From Eukaryota sp. TZLM1-RC (Eukaryota > Protista > Metamonada: BaSk clade), in NCBI GenBank assembly GCA_040285825.1, contig JAUPSS010000004.1, forward strand, positions 5,547,784-5,611,783: a stretch of DNA of 64,000 bases. Reading direction: 5' to 3'. The notes under the pieces are model-generated. The model saw only the letters and a list, made by a program, of their open reading frames with translations. It was not told the DNA's origin and did not search any database. Below are positions 23,258-35,278 of this stretch, piece after piece. Positions within the stretch are counted from its first letter, which is position 1. Every line of letters begins with the position of its first letter. Position numbers and translations under genes: made by a program.

Positions 23258-24280
23258 TATGTTGATATTTGGAATAGGAGTTTTCCTTCAAGTTTGCCTG
23301 CTGTGCCTTCGAGATCTTTCACCAACCTTCATCTTGCTGTTGTGAAATTACAGAAGTCTGTTCTTATTGGTTTTGAAGACCTGGATTTTTCTAAACGACT
23401 TAGTATGACTAAGATTAATAATCCCGTCTTTGCTGCCTTTTTAGCAGACATTCAGAACTGTACTAGTTTAATATCTCAGCAACCAAGGCCATTTGGTCTT
23501 CACTTAACAAATGAAGCTTGGAAACAAAACATGCGGTTGAGATTAGGGATGTATCCAAGTGGTCTTTTGGACAATTCTTATTGTATTTGTAACAAAAAAC
23601 CTACTGCCAATTTTCGTCATATTGTGAGCTGTAAGAAATTTCTCCAATATAGGTCAGTTCTTCATAATGCTGTTCGTGATGTGACATATGAGATGTTCAA
23701 GTGTTACAATTTTAGTTGCAAAGTAGAACCTTTGTTGAAGCATTATAGTGATGATAATCTTTTTAATTCACGTCGAGGTGATTTAATTGCTCCTTTTGTG
23801 GATTCCTCTCAAGTTGTTGTTGATTTCACTACAGTTGATCCCTTTGCTTTTGTTTATCGCGATGATGTTTTACTTAGTACTAATGGTCATTTAAACAAGG
23901 CCGAAGATCGTAAGAGAGATAAATATACTGAGATATTAAATGATTTAAATAAGAACCTTTATTCGAAGTTTTCGTTTGTTCCTTTTGCCTTTTCGATTTT
24001 TGGCAACATTGGACAATCCGCCATGAATTTCATCAATGATTTTGGTAATTTATGTCGTTCAAGTGGTAAGAATTTTGCAGAGAATTTATGGAAAAATCGT
24101 ATCATTTTCGCTTTGTACAGAAGTGTTCCCAAGTACTTGAGTTTAATGATGTTTAAACTTTATAAGGATTCATCAAGAGTTGGCGTGGAGAATTTAGTTT
24201 CTTATGTGTTTTAGTTTGTTTTGTTTTTATTTGATTCTTTATATAAATGATATTTAAACAAAAAAAAATAAAATTAAAAT
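23258..24280 (+). mobile_element. 5'-truncated RLE-type non-LTR retrotransposon, family B, copy 2 (endonuclease frame intact)
   Basis: ORF 23294-24214 with the same motifs; head-to-tail with copy 1; poly(A)-like tail at ~24255-24280. Confidence 0.8.
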
Positions 24281-24665
24281 TATATTGATTATAGTCCACA
24301 AGCTTCGTATTGTGAGGCAATATCGATGAAAGCTTTGTTGACAACATCCAAAAAGCACGATACAGATCAGTAACTTTTGACCATAGCATTACGTTTTGGA
24401 ATTATACAAGTGTTACCAATGGATAATTCTTATTATATACACAATCATTTTTCTAATTGAGCACTCTTCTAATAAAACCCTTTGAACAAGAACGGCTCAA
24501 AATAGAACCCCGTCTCTATTAGAAAAATGATAGTACTATAAAGTTGATTATTTGACAGTTGAATTCACCTCAAAAACACTTCAAAAAGCTGAAATTTTAT
24601 AAAACACGGAGCAGAAAACTACTCAATAATAATTTAACTATTTACAAAAAACGACTAAAACAACA

Positions 24666-27600
24666 CTAAGAAAAAGGAACAGCCATTTGGAGTGCTTCTA
24701 ACCATGCATTGCGATCTTCAACAGAATCTGCAAGTAAGTAAAAGTCTCTACCACTTTTATCAATCCTTAATACCAAATAATGTGAAATTTGAGCACTGAA
24801 CTGGAGCTTATTATATAACTCCAGAGACAAAGTGTCTACTGACGACTCTGGACGTAAGATTAGAACATTCTTTGGCTTTTTATCAGTTCTATTAGCGTAA
24901 TAACGGAGACAACACTGACTCAAAGTAAACCATCTTCTCTTCCAATTTTTTACTTTCTTACCTTGCTTCACCAAGAAGCCCTCATACTCCACAAACTCTG
25001 GATCATGGTCTTTAATAATGGTTGAATTAGTGGGTTTTTGAATTGGAGTTTCTACGTTTTTGGAATTTGGTTTGCGTATATCAACTGTTTTCTTCTGCTG
25101 ATCCATTGTTGGAGAAACATTTTCAATATTTTCGGAAGCACTTGATAATTCTACAGTATTTTCAGCAGCGAGTTCTTTAGGTGAATCTGACGGTTTCTCA
25201 TCAATAGCAACAGCAGTAGAGAGTTTGTTATTGGTGGAAGTGTCTAAATCAGTATCCAAGGAAGTGTCATTTGAGCTGACTGATTGTCCAACTGCATCCG
25301 ACACTGGGGTTTTTGAATAATCCAAACAAGGAGTGTACTTTACCTCTGGAATTTTGGTAAAAGTAGTACAAGGTTCACCAAAGAAAAACTTACCAAGTTT
25401 ACCAGAAATATAAAGTTCTCCATTAGAAACTAAAACAGCAGAATCCTCAAATGCCTTCACCCCAGAAACATTCTCAATATTTGGAATTTCAGTTAAAACC
25501 TCAGCTTTTTCCACTTCTCCAAGACCTATTTGACCTTTATCATTATCACCAATAACTAAAACTTTGCCTTCTTCAGTTACAAATATGGAAGATGTATCAC
25601 CAGCAGCAATTGCTTTAACTTTGGGTAAATTAGGGATTATTTTGAAAAAATAACCACCTGATGAAAAACCACTTTCTTCTGCTCCTTCCTCCATATCACT
25701 CTCGACATCCTCAGCAACATCCTCATCCTCAGATTCAAACCCCAAAGCTGATCTATAGTTACCTCCCCACGAAAGTACTGAACCATTGAAAAGTAAGGCT
25801 AATCCAAGGGAAGGTGAAACCGCCAGAACAACAGCTTTACGAATGCCCCCAATTCTTTTGAGCTTCCCCCCAAATTTATAAACAAAACCATTTGACTTTA
25901 GTATCCACAAATCTGTTCCATCAGTGGTAATCTGAACAACATCATTGATTAATTTTCTTTTTCCAGAATTTCTATAAATATATACTATCCCCATCGTCAA
26001 AATGCCTAACCCGCCAGAAAAGAATACATGACTGGTCACGTTGGAAAATTGATGCAGAAAACTGCATTCTTGGGCAATATCTGATGAAACATGGCCTGGA
26101 AGATGATCTAGAAACCCAGATGCTAATAAATTTCCTTCAAATGTTTGATACAGTGTGAAATTGTTACCCATAGAAACAGATTGTATATAAGAAAGATTGG
26201 GAATTTGAACAAACTCAGTAGCTTCATCAGAGTGACCCAATCCTAATTGATAAGAATGATTACTTCCGGTACCAATAACGATACCTTCATTATTGACATA
26301 AACCAATCTATCACCATATTGAGCAATTCTGCCAAGATTCTGCATAGCATTCTTCAAAACCAAGGAATTGTCTTCAACTGACCAATCTGTTAAAGGTTTT
26401 GCTAGTGGTCTTGACTTTACCCCAGTTAACAAGGATATAGTTGGTTTGAATTGATGAAGAGGTAAGGTTTTTGTGAAGATTCCGTTACACTTACCACAAG
26501 CATAAATCACATCATCTTTAATAAAATAAGAATTGTCTTCACCAATGGCAACGTGATCAACACCTTCAAATGGTAATAAAGTTGGAGTAATAACATCATC
26601 ATCTGAATTAACTCCACATTTACCATAGTTATTAGAACCAAAAGTATAAACAGTTCCTTCTTTGGTTAAACAAATAGCATGATCTCCCGAAACTGCCACG
26701 TATTCAATAGGTGGAACATCAATAATTACAGGAGTTTCCATTGGAATTTTGCCAACACCACTAGGCATAAATCCACACTCCTCGTCACTACTCCATCCTA
26801 ATAGAGTTCCATCATTTAAAACAACCAAGCCTTGAGAAGAGCTTATCGAAATTTGGCTAACATGTCTTAAATTTTTATGTTTGATTGGTTCGTCCTCCTC
26901 CATATTCCATAACCAAACGTAACCATCAAAGGTAACAAAAGCTGCCAGCTCATCACATGCAGAAATTTGACGAATATTTACAAGTGTCGGAAAAGGAACA
27001 AACTCCAAAACCCCAAACTCCTCTTCTACAGTGTGGAAAATATTTGCTCCAGGTAACGTGAAATAAATTTCCCCATTTGAACTCAATGCGAAACTCACTT
27101 TTCCTAAAGAAAAATGTGAAACAATAAGACCAGAAATACCAATAATGGGGACTAATTGGGAAATCTCTGCTGTTTTAGGTATATTGAAACGCCAAACAAA
27201 ATATTCGTCATTGAAGGTTTTGATAATGGGAAAAGATTCAGTAGCGAAAATTTGGGACACATCATGGTTGTCATCAAGATAAAATTTTTGGGTCTCCTCA
27301 TTAGAAGAGCTCATTACAAAATATTCGTAATCCGACACAATTGAAGGAGGTTCACTTGGAGATGTTCTAAACCTGTTTAAATAAGACAATCTATTATGAA
27401 AAGAGTAAGAGTTGAAGACAATTGAGTATTCTACAAATCCAATTTCACTGTAAATACGACTTAATTCCTCTGAAAAAAAGATCGACCCAGAAATTGATTG
27501 AATAATAGCAGAATTAAAATCCTCCTTAAGCTTTCCATCAGTAAAGCAGTAAGATTCAAGTTTATTCAGATCAATAAACAATGAAAAACTCAGAACAAAA

Positions 27601-28460
27601 TTATTGTCAGAGTAAAATTTAGAAGAATAAATTTTACCTTGCTTTAAGTAAAAAATTTCAGATTCAGTAACAAACACATTACTAATCTTGCTTATAGCTA
27701 AAGTGTAGACAGTCCAGAGGTCCTGGGTTCGATTCCTAGTGCCCGACTTTAGTTTTTTTAACTTTTCGTCTAAAATAAAAACAAATAATTGTTCATTAGA
27801 AGCACACGCCGCAATATTATTACAAATACTCAAAGTATTACACAAATTTAGACTTGCTATACTAAAGATATATGATTCTGAAAAATCACATTTTATCTTT
27901 TGAAAAGGGACAACACTTAACGTATTATTTCTATAAAGCAAAAGAAAATCATTTCCAATAGCGAATGATTCTACATCATTAATTTCCTGCAGAATTACTT
28001 CATGATTTGTCAAATTTATACAATAAAACACTTGGTCAGCGGAAAGCAGAAACAGAAACTCCTCAAGTACATCTAATTGACATGTCTTACAGGGAAGAGA
28101 AATCTCCAATGTTTCTAGTGAATTCAGATCGATTTGATAAACAGTGGAGTCGGTTAGAGCAAAGATAGAATGTTTAGTGGAAACAAATGAGGATATTTGA
28201 AGAGAAGAAAGACTGGGAAGATGTAGAGGAGATGACGATGACAGATCATTGTGAGAAGGAGGTAAGAGTGCTGTGTACTCTGTGCCACTACATTGGACAA
28301 TAGGAAAATGGTAAGTAAAGAAAAAGGAATCAACATCAGAACCAGAGATGATGTGATTTAAAGCTGAAACATCCCATGTTGTAGAATTGAAACCATAAAA
28401 AGTATTACCCTTCCCAAGTAAATGTACACCAGATTTATTCGATAAGGGTTGGAAGAACAT
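24666..28460 (-). CDS. RCC1-repeat beta-propeller protein with a C-terminal PH domain
   Basis: RCC1 repeats (VAVSGDHAICLTKEGTVYTFGSNNYGKCG, GSNHSYQLGLG, IAAGDTSS...GDNDKGQIGLG); PH domain EGFLVKQGKKVKNWKRRWF...ADSVEDRNAWLEAL. Confidence 0.85.
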   Translation of the reverse strand: MFFQPLSNKSGVHLLGKGNTFYGFNSTTWDVSALNHIISGSDVDSFFFTYHFPIVQCSGTEYTALLPPSHNDLSSSSPLHLPSLSSLQISSFVSTKHSIFALTDSTVYQIDLNSLETLEISLPCKTCQLDVLEEFLFLLSADQVFYCINLTNHEVILQEINDVESFAIGNDFLLLYRNNTLSVVPFQKIKCDFSESYIFSIASLNLCNTLSICNNIAACASNEQLFVFILDEKLKKLKSGTRNRTQDLWTVYTLAISKISNVFVTESEIFYLKQGKIYSSKFYSDNNFVLSFSLFIDLNKLESYCFTDGKLKEDFNSAIIQSISGSIFFSEELSRIYSEIGFVEYSIVFNSYSFHNRLSYLNRFRTSPSEPPSIVSDYEYFVMSSSNEETQKFYLDDNHDVSQIFATESFPIIKTFNDEYFVWRFNIPKTAEISQLVPIIGISGLIVSHFSLGKVSFALSSNGEIYFTLPGANIFHTVEEEFGVLEFVPFPTLVNIRQISACDELAAFVTFDGYVWLWNMEEDEPIKHKNLRHVSQISISSSQGLVVLNDGTLLGWSSDEECGFMPSGVGKIPMETPVIIDVPPIEYVAVSGDHAICLTKEGTVYTFGSNNYGKCGVNSDDDVITPTLLPFEGVDHVAIGEDNSYFIKDDVIYACGKCNGIFTKTLPLHQFKPTISLLTGVKSRPLAKPLTDWSVEDNSLVLKNAMQNLGRIAQYGDRLVYVNNEGIVIGTGSNHSYQLGLGHSDEATEFVQIPNLSYIQSVSMGNNFTLYQTFEGNLLASGFLDHLPGHVSSDIAQECSFLHQFSNVTSHVFFSGGLGILTMGIVYIYRNSGKRKLINDVVQITTDGTDLWILKSNGFVYKFGGKLKRIGGIRKAVVLAVSPSLGLALLFNGSVLSWGGNYRSALGFESEDEDVAEDVESDMEEGAEESGFSSGGYFFKIIPNLPKVKAIAAGDTSSIFVTEEGKVLVIGDNDKGQIGLGEVEKAEVLTEIPNIENVSGVKAFEDSAVLVSNGELYISGKLGKFFFGEPCTTFTKIPEVKYTPCLDYSKTPVSDAVGQSVSSNDTSLDTDLDTSTNNKLSTAVAIDEKPSDSPKELAAENTVELSSASENIENVSPTMDQQKKTVDIRKPNSKNVETPIQKPTNSTIIKDHDPEFVEYEGFLVKQGKKVKNWKRRWFTLSQCCLRYYANRTDKKPKNVLILRPESSVDTLSLELYNKLQFSAQISHYLVLRIDKSGRDFYLLADSVEDRNAWLEALQMAVPFS

Positions 28461-28530
28461 GTATGTTCTGATGCTCTGTAGAGTATAGTGAAGAAAGCAA
28501 TTGTAATTCTCTTTACCTTGGATCGTTCCA

Positions 28531-30474
28531 ATGACATTTCTTCTAGTCTGATGAGGACGGCTTCTGTTGTTCTCAGATGGCTCTAGTTGTTATTTGTTTG
28601 ATATTTCTGCTAACTCTTTCTTGAAACTGCATCATGATGTTCCTGTACAAAGGGTATTTCAGGCAAAGAGTGCGTTTGTTGTGTTATCAGAAACCAATGA
28701 TTACTATCTAGTTGAACCAGAGTCTCACTACTTTTCTTCTACATTTACACGGCCTCTTCCCCAACTTTCTTCTCTTAGTCTATCTTCATGCTTCATTGTT
28801 GATTCATGTGTTTACACTCTTGCTGAATCGATGATGTTCAAGATTGATCTCACTTCCTCAGATACAGCCGACTTTTCTCTCCCGTTCAAGCCAAGACAAA
28901 TGGAGTTAGCTAACGACAAGATCTCTCTCGTCTCAACCGAAGGAGAACTCTATTCTCAATACCATCAATGGTGAAGTCACACATGAATCCATGAATGATA
29001 TTGATAATTTTGCTCTTGGTGCTGATTTCTCGCTGTTTTCTTCTTTTGATCGGAAACTACACGCAATTGATATGACTGACAACCAATCAACCCCAATCAC
29101 CGATATTAATGACGTGACTCATGTTTCTATTTCTGGTAACAATGGAATTTGTGCCACGGATTCCCATGTCTATGTGCTTACCTTATCCAAAACTGAGGTA
29201 ATTACCCCCAAGATACTGTTTTCCTGTCCAGTTACTGATTTTACTGACCCTATTTCCAATGTTTATGTCACTCCATCTGGTTTTTATGTAGTTTGTCCTA
29301 ATGATGTTTTCTTTGCTGAATTGCCAAATGAATCCTCTGATGAGACTTACAATTTCCAAAAATTACTAGTATATGACGACAACAATGAAGCTCATTTGGT
29401 AACTAAACAAGATATCGCTCAAGAAAGTTTTGTTGTTGATGAAGAGCAAACAAAGACCAATGAATCACAAAATCCAACACAAAATCAATTTTATGAAGAC
29501 TGCACTTTCATGATTAAAGATGATCAACTTTATCGATGTGGTATGCATAATGATTCTCTTTGTGGAGATTCATCTGGCTTTGTTCCAGTTGCTTCTTTCA
29601 AGTATGGGTGCGCGTTAAAGGATTTAGATAAAGCGATTGAAGAGTATGAAAAGAAAGAATGTATTGTTGAAGAGCAGGAAGGTAATCAGCACAATGTTGA
29701 AGAAGTAACCAAGGAAGTTGAAGTTGATCAAGAAGAATCCATTGAGCAAGTCGAAACTCAACCAACAGTTGATGATTCAGTAACCAAGGCAGTTGAAGTT
29801 GATCAAGAAAAATCCACTGAGCAAGTCGAAACTCAACCAACAGTTGATGATTCAGTAACCAAGGCAGTTGAAGTTGATCAAGAAGAATCCACTGAGCAAG
29901 TCGAAACTCAACCAGCAGTTGATGATTCAGTAACCAAGGAAGTTGAAGTTGATCAAGAAGAATCCACTGAGCAAGTCGAAACTCAACCAACCGGTGAAGA
30001 TTCCTCTTCATGTTCATCGTGGTCATTGATGTCATTTGTGAATCGGGAGATTGTCCTAATCCTTTATTGACCCCTAGAAACTCTGCAATTGAGAACCAAT
30101 TAGACGAGCAGTCCCCCAAACCTACCAATGTTAAACATTTCGGTCACTTAAAGAAACGCGGTAAAATATTCAAAACTTGGCGCCAACGTTGGTTTGTTTT
30201 AAGATACTCTAGTTATTTTGGCGATATCAATGATAACAAGCCCAAGAAAGTGATTACCATATCCCATGATTCTAGTGTTAATCACATCTCAGTCGATTTG
30301 TACAACTTTTTTAAACTAACCAAATGTCATAATCACTATTTTGTGTTTAGTTCCGCTCCAGACAGTCGTTTGTTTGTCTTGGAAGCTGAAAGTGAAACTT
30401 ATCGCAATATTTGGATTAAGAAAATTCGTCAGATTTTAAATTCAATTCCATCAGATTTTAGCTCCTTTATTTAG
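28531..30474 (+). pseudogene. Disrupted, shortened paralog of the adjacent RCC1-PH gene (head-to-head)
   Basis: LPQLSSLSLSS...FKIDLTS aligns to LPSLSSLQISS...YQIDLNS; NDIDNFALG aligns to NDVESFAIG; PH domain in 30010-30474; stops near 28550 and frame breaks near 28957 and ~30020. Confidence 0.65.
29705..29991 (+). repeat. 75-bp coding tandem repeat, ~4 copies (VTK[A/E]VEVDQEESTEQVETQPTVDDS)
   Basis: Units start at 29705, 29780, 29855 and 29930. Confidence 0.9.
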
Positions 30475-30980
30475 TTGTTCATTTATCTGTTTCGTTCTCA
30501 TAAATGTTTGTATTTTGTGATCTTTTATTAGTATTTTAATGTTTACAAGGTTTTGTTAATATTTTAATTAACTATTCACAACTGGTCTTTCTAGTTTGAA
30601 TTTTATAAACGATTAATTTTGCTGTTGTACAATGTTCAACAATTGACGATCAACGTGTTCATAATTATTTTGATGCTTTAAATGAAAGCATCTGATGTAA
30701 TGACAAACTATTGTCATTAAGTTATTGATTGTCCTCAAAGGAAGATTGTCAAGCATATTTCTTGGCAATAAACCCCCTTTAATGTTATATCTTTCCTTTG
30801 GATGTTTTAGGAAAGTTTTGCATAACAAATTGCGGAAATATACCGAATCATAAATCATTTTCAACCAGTTTTCTATCGACACAAAATTCATTAATGAGGA
30901 AATCAAATGTACAGTTATTTTAAATTGAATTGTATTTTATATCGAAAACTGTTTAAATTGGCAACTGATACCTTGCAATT

Positions 30981-33900
30981 GGATGCGGCCATACTTGGTC
31001 TATTTCACCGGATCCCATTCCGAATTCCGAAGCTAAGCAGCCACATGCTTGGTCAGTAGTTGGGTGGGAGACCACCAGCGAACACTGGGTGCTGCATCCT
31101 TTTGATATTTGGTTGCCTGACAATTATTGTTTTAATTCTCTGCTTATTTAAAGCAGCGGTGCTTCAATGCGACATCACAATTTTAAAGAATTACAAATGT
31201 ATTATAATCTGATTTTGTAAAAACAGAATCATTTCTGACATTAATTCAAATATGAGTTTTTATTAATGGAATCTAATGATTCAAAAGAAAGTCAAGATTT
31301 TAATAAATTTTGTGAAGTTTGTGATAATTTAATGTTTACATTTGCAACTATCGCTTTACTATTGGATGCGGCCATACTTGGTCTATAGTACTGGATCCCA
31401 TTCCGAATTCCGAAGATAAGTGGCCACAGGCTTGGTCAGTAGTTGGGTGGGAGACCACCAGCGAAAACTGGGTGTTGCATCCTTTTGATATTTGGTTGCC
31501 TGACAATTATTGTTTTTAATTATCTGCTTAGTTAAGGCAGCAATGCTTCAATGCGACATCACAATTTTAAAGAATTACAAATGTATTATAATCTAATTTT
31601 GTAAAAACAGAATCATTTCTGACATTAATTCAAATATGAGTTTTTATTAATGGAATCTAATGATTCAAAAGAAAGTCAAGATTTAAATAAATTTTGTGAA
31701 GTTTGTGATCATTTAATGTTTACATTTGCAACTATCGGTTTACTATTGGATGCGGCCATACTTGGTCTATAGCACCAGATCCCATTCCGAATTCCGAAGA
31801 TAAGCGGCCACAGGCTTGGTCAGTAGTTGGGTGGGAGACCACCAGCGAACACTGGGTGCTGCATCCTTTTGATATTTGGTTGCCTGACAATTATTGTTTT
31901 TAATTATCTGCTTAGTTAAGGCAGCAATGCTTCAATGTGACATCATTTTTTTAAAGAATTACAAATGTATTATAATCTAATTTTGTAAAAACAGAATCAT
32001 TTCTGACATTAATTCAAATATGAGTTTTTATTAATGGAATCTAATGATTCAAAAGAAAGTCAAGATTTTAATAAATTTTGTGAAGTTTGTGATAATTTAA
32101 TGTTTACATTTGCAACTATCGCTTTACTATTGGATGCGGCCATACTTGGTCTATAGTACTGGATCCCATTCCGAATTCCGAAGATAAGTGGCCACAGGCT
32201 TGGTCAGTAGTTGGGTGGGAGACCACCAGCGAAAACTGGGTGTTGCATCCTTTTGATATTTGGTTGCCTGACAATTATTGTTTTTAATTATCTGCTTAGT
32301 TAAGGCAGCAATGCTTCAATGCGACATCACAATTTTAAAGAATTACAAATGTATTATAATCTAATTTTGTAAAAACAGAATCATTTCTGACATTAATTCA
32401 AATATGAGTTTTTATTAATGGAATCTAATGATTCAAAAAGAAAGTCAAGATTTAAATAAATTTTGTGAAGTTTGTGATCATTTAATGTTTACATTTGCAA
32501 CTATCGGTTTACTATTGGATGCGGCCATACTTGGTCTATAGCACCAGATCCCATTCCGAATTCCGAAGATAAGCGGCCACAGGCTTGGTCAGTAGTTGGG
32601 TGGGAGACCACCAGCGAACACTGGGTGCTGCATCCTTTTGATATTTGGTTGCCTGACAATTATTGTTTTTAATTATCTGCTTAGTTAAGGCAGCAATGCT
32701 TCAATGTGACATCATTTTTTTAAAGAATTACAAATGCATTATAATCTAATTTTGTAAAAACAGAATCATTTCTGACATTAATTCAAATATGAGTTTTTAT
32801 TAATGGAATCTAATGATTCAAAAGAAAGTCAAGATTTTAATAAATTTTGTGAAGTTTGTGATCATTTAATGTTTACATTTGCAACTATCGCTTTACTATT
32901 GGATGCGGCCATACTTGGTCTATAGTACTGGATCCCATTCCGAATTCCGAAGATAAGTGGCCACAGGCTTGGTCAGTAGTTGGGTGGGAGACCACCAGCG
33001 AACACTGGGTGCTGCATCCTTTTGATATTTGGTTGCCTGACAATTATTGTTTTTAATTATCTGCTTAGTTAAGGCAGCAATGCTTCAATGCGACATCACA
33101 ATTTTAAAGAATTACAAATGTATTATAATCTAATTTTGTAAAAACAGAATCATTTCTGACATTAATTCAAATATGAGTTTTTATTAATGGAATCTAATGA
33201 TTCAAAAGAAAGTCAAGATTTAAATAAATTTTGTGAAGTTTGTGATCATTTAATGTTTACATTTGCAACTATCGGTTTACTATTGGATGCGGCCATACTT
33301 GGTCTATAGCACCAGATCCCATTCCGAATTCCGAAGATAAGCGGCCACAGGCTTGGTCAGTAGTTGGGTGGGAGACCACCAGCGAACACTGGGTGCTGCA
33401 TCCTTTTGATATTTGGTTGCCTGACAATTATTGTTTTTAATTATCTGCTTAGTTAAGGCAGCAATGCTTCAATGTGACATCATTTTTTAAAGAATTACAA
33501 ATGCATTATAATCTAATTTTGTAAAAACAGAATCATTTCTGACATTAATTCAAATATGAGTTTTTATTAATGGAATCTAATGATTCAAAAGAAAGTCAAG
33601 ATTTTAATAAATTTTGTGAAGTTTGTGATCATTTAATGTTTACATTTGCAACTATCGCTTTACTATTGGATGCGGCCAAACTTGGTCTATGGTACTGGAT
33701 CCCATTCCGAATTCCGAAGATAAGTGGCCACAGGCTTGGTCAGTAGTTGGGTGGGAGACCACCAGCGAACACTGGGTGCTGCATCCTTTTGATATTTGGT
33801 TGCCTGACAATTATTGTTTTTAATTATCTGCTTAGTTAAGGCAGCAATGCTTCAATGCGACATCACAATTTTAAAGAATTACAAATGTATTATAATCTAA

Positions 33901-35278
33901 TTTTGTAAAAACAGAATCATTTCTGACATTAATTCAAATATGAGTTTTTATTAATGGAATCTAATGATTCAAAAGAAAGTCAAGATTTAAATAAATTTTG
34001 TGAAGTTTGTGATCATTTAATGTTTACATTTGCAACTATCGGTTTACTATTGGATGCGGCCATACTTGGTCTATAGCACCAGATCCCATTCCGAATTCCG
34101 AAGATAAGCGGCCACAGGCTTGGTCAGTAGTTGGGTGGGAGACGACCAGCGAACACTGGGTGCTGCATCCTTTTGATATTTGGTTGCCTGACAATTATTG
34201 TTTTTAATTATCTGCTTAGTTAAGGCAGCAATGCTTCAATGTGACATCATTTTTTTAAAGAATTTTTTTTAATAATTTTAATTTTATTCTAAACCTATAA
34301 ATCAACATCTAAAAAATCCATCTCTCCCAAAACAAAAACACTAGATGCAACTCTCTCATAGTGAGATCCAAGAGAAAGCAAAGCATCGGAAACCATCTTC
34401 AACATCCCCTTAAAAATAGAAAACACAATTCTAGTTTTTAAAGAATTACAAATGTATTATAATCTAATTTTGTAAAAACAGAATCATTTCTGACATTAAT
34501 TCAAATATGAGTTTTTATTAATGGAATCTAATGATTCAAAAGAAAGTCAAGATTTTAATAAATTTTGTGAAGTTTGTGATCATTTAATGTTTACATTTGC
34601 AACTATCGCTTTACTATTGGATGCGGCCATACTTGGTCTATAGTACTGGATCCCATTCCGAATTCCGAAAATAAGTGGCCACAGGCTTGGTCAGTAGTTG
34701 GGTGGGAGACCACCAGCGAACACTGGGTGCTGCATCCTTTTGATATTTGGTTGCCTGACAATTATTGTTTTTAATTATCTGCTTAGTTAAGGCAGCAATG
34801 CTTCAATGCGACATCACAATTTTAAAGAATTACAAATGTATTATAATCTAATTTTGTAAAAACAGAATCATTTCTGACATTAATTCAAATATGAGTTTTT
34901 ATTAATGGAATCTAATGATTCAAAAGAAAGTCAAGATTTAAATAAATTTTGTGAAATTTGTGATCATTTAATGTTTACATTTGCAACTATCGGTTTACTA
35001 TTGGATGCGGCCATACTTGGTCTATAGCACCAGATCCCATTCCGAATTCCGAAGATAAGCGGCCACAGGCTTGGTCAGTAGTTGGGTGGGAGACCACCAG
35101 CGAACACTGGGTGCTGCATCCTTTTGATATTTGGTTGCCTGACAATTATTGTTTTTAATTCTCTGCTTATTTTAGGCAGTGGTGCTTCAATGCGACATCA
35201 CATTTTTAAAGAATTACAAATGTATTTTAATCTAGTTTTGTAACAACAGAATCATTTCTGACATTAATTCAAATATGA
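30981..35278 (+). rRNA. 5S rDNA array, left part: 11 genes (30981, 31364, 31748, 32132, 32517, 32901, 33285, 33668, 34052, 34619, 35003)
   Basis: 384-bp units of a 5S gene plus AT-rich spacer. Confidence 0.95.
34265..34434 (-). mobile_element. 170-bp LINE 3'-end insertion (family C) in a 5S spacer, with a 13-bp TSD
   Basis: This unit is 567 bp = 384+170+13; tttttaaagaatt at 34252-34264 and 34435-34447; minus strand reads RIVFSIFKGMLKMVSDALLSLG...DVDL* followed by an A tail. Confidence 0.9.
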
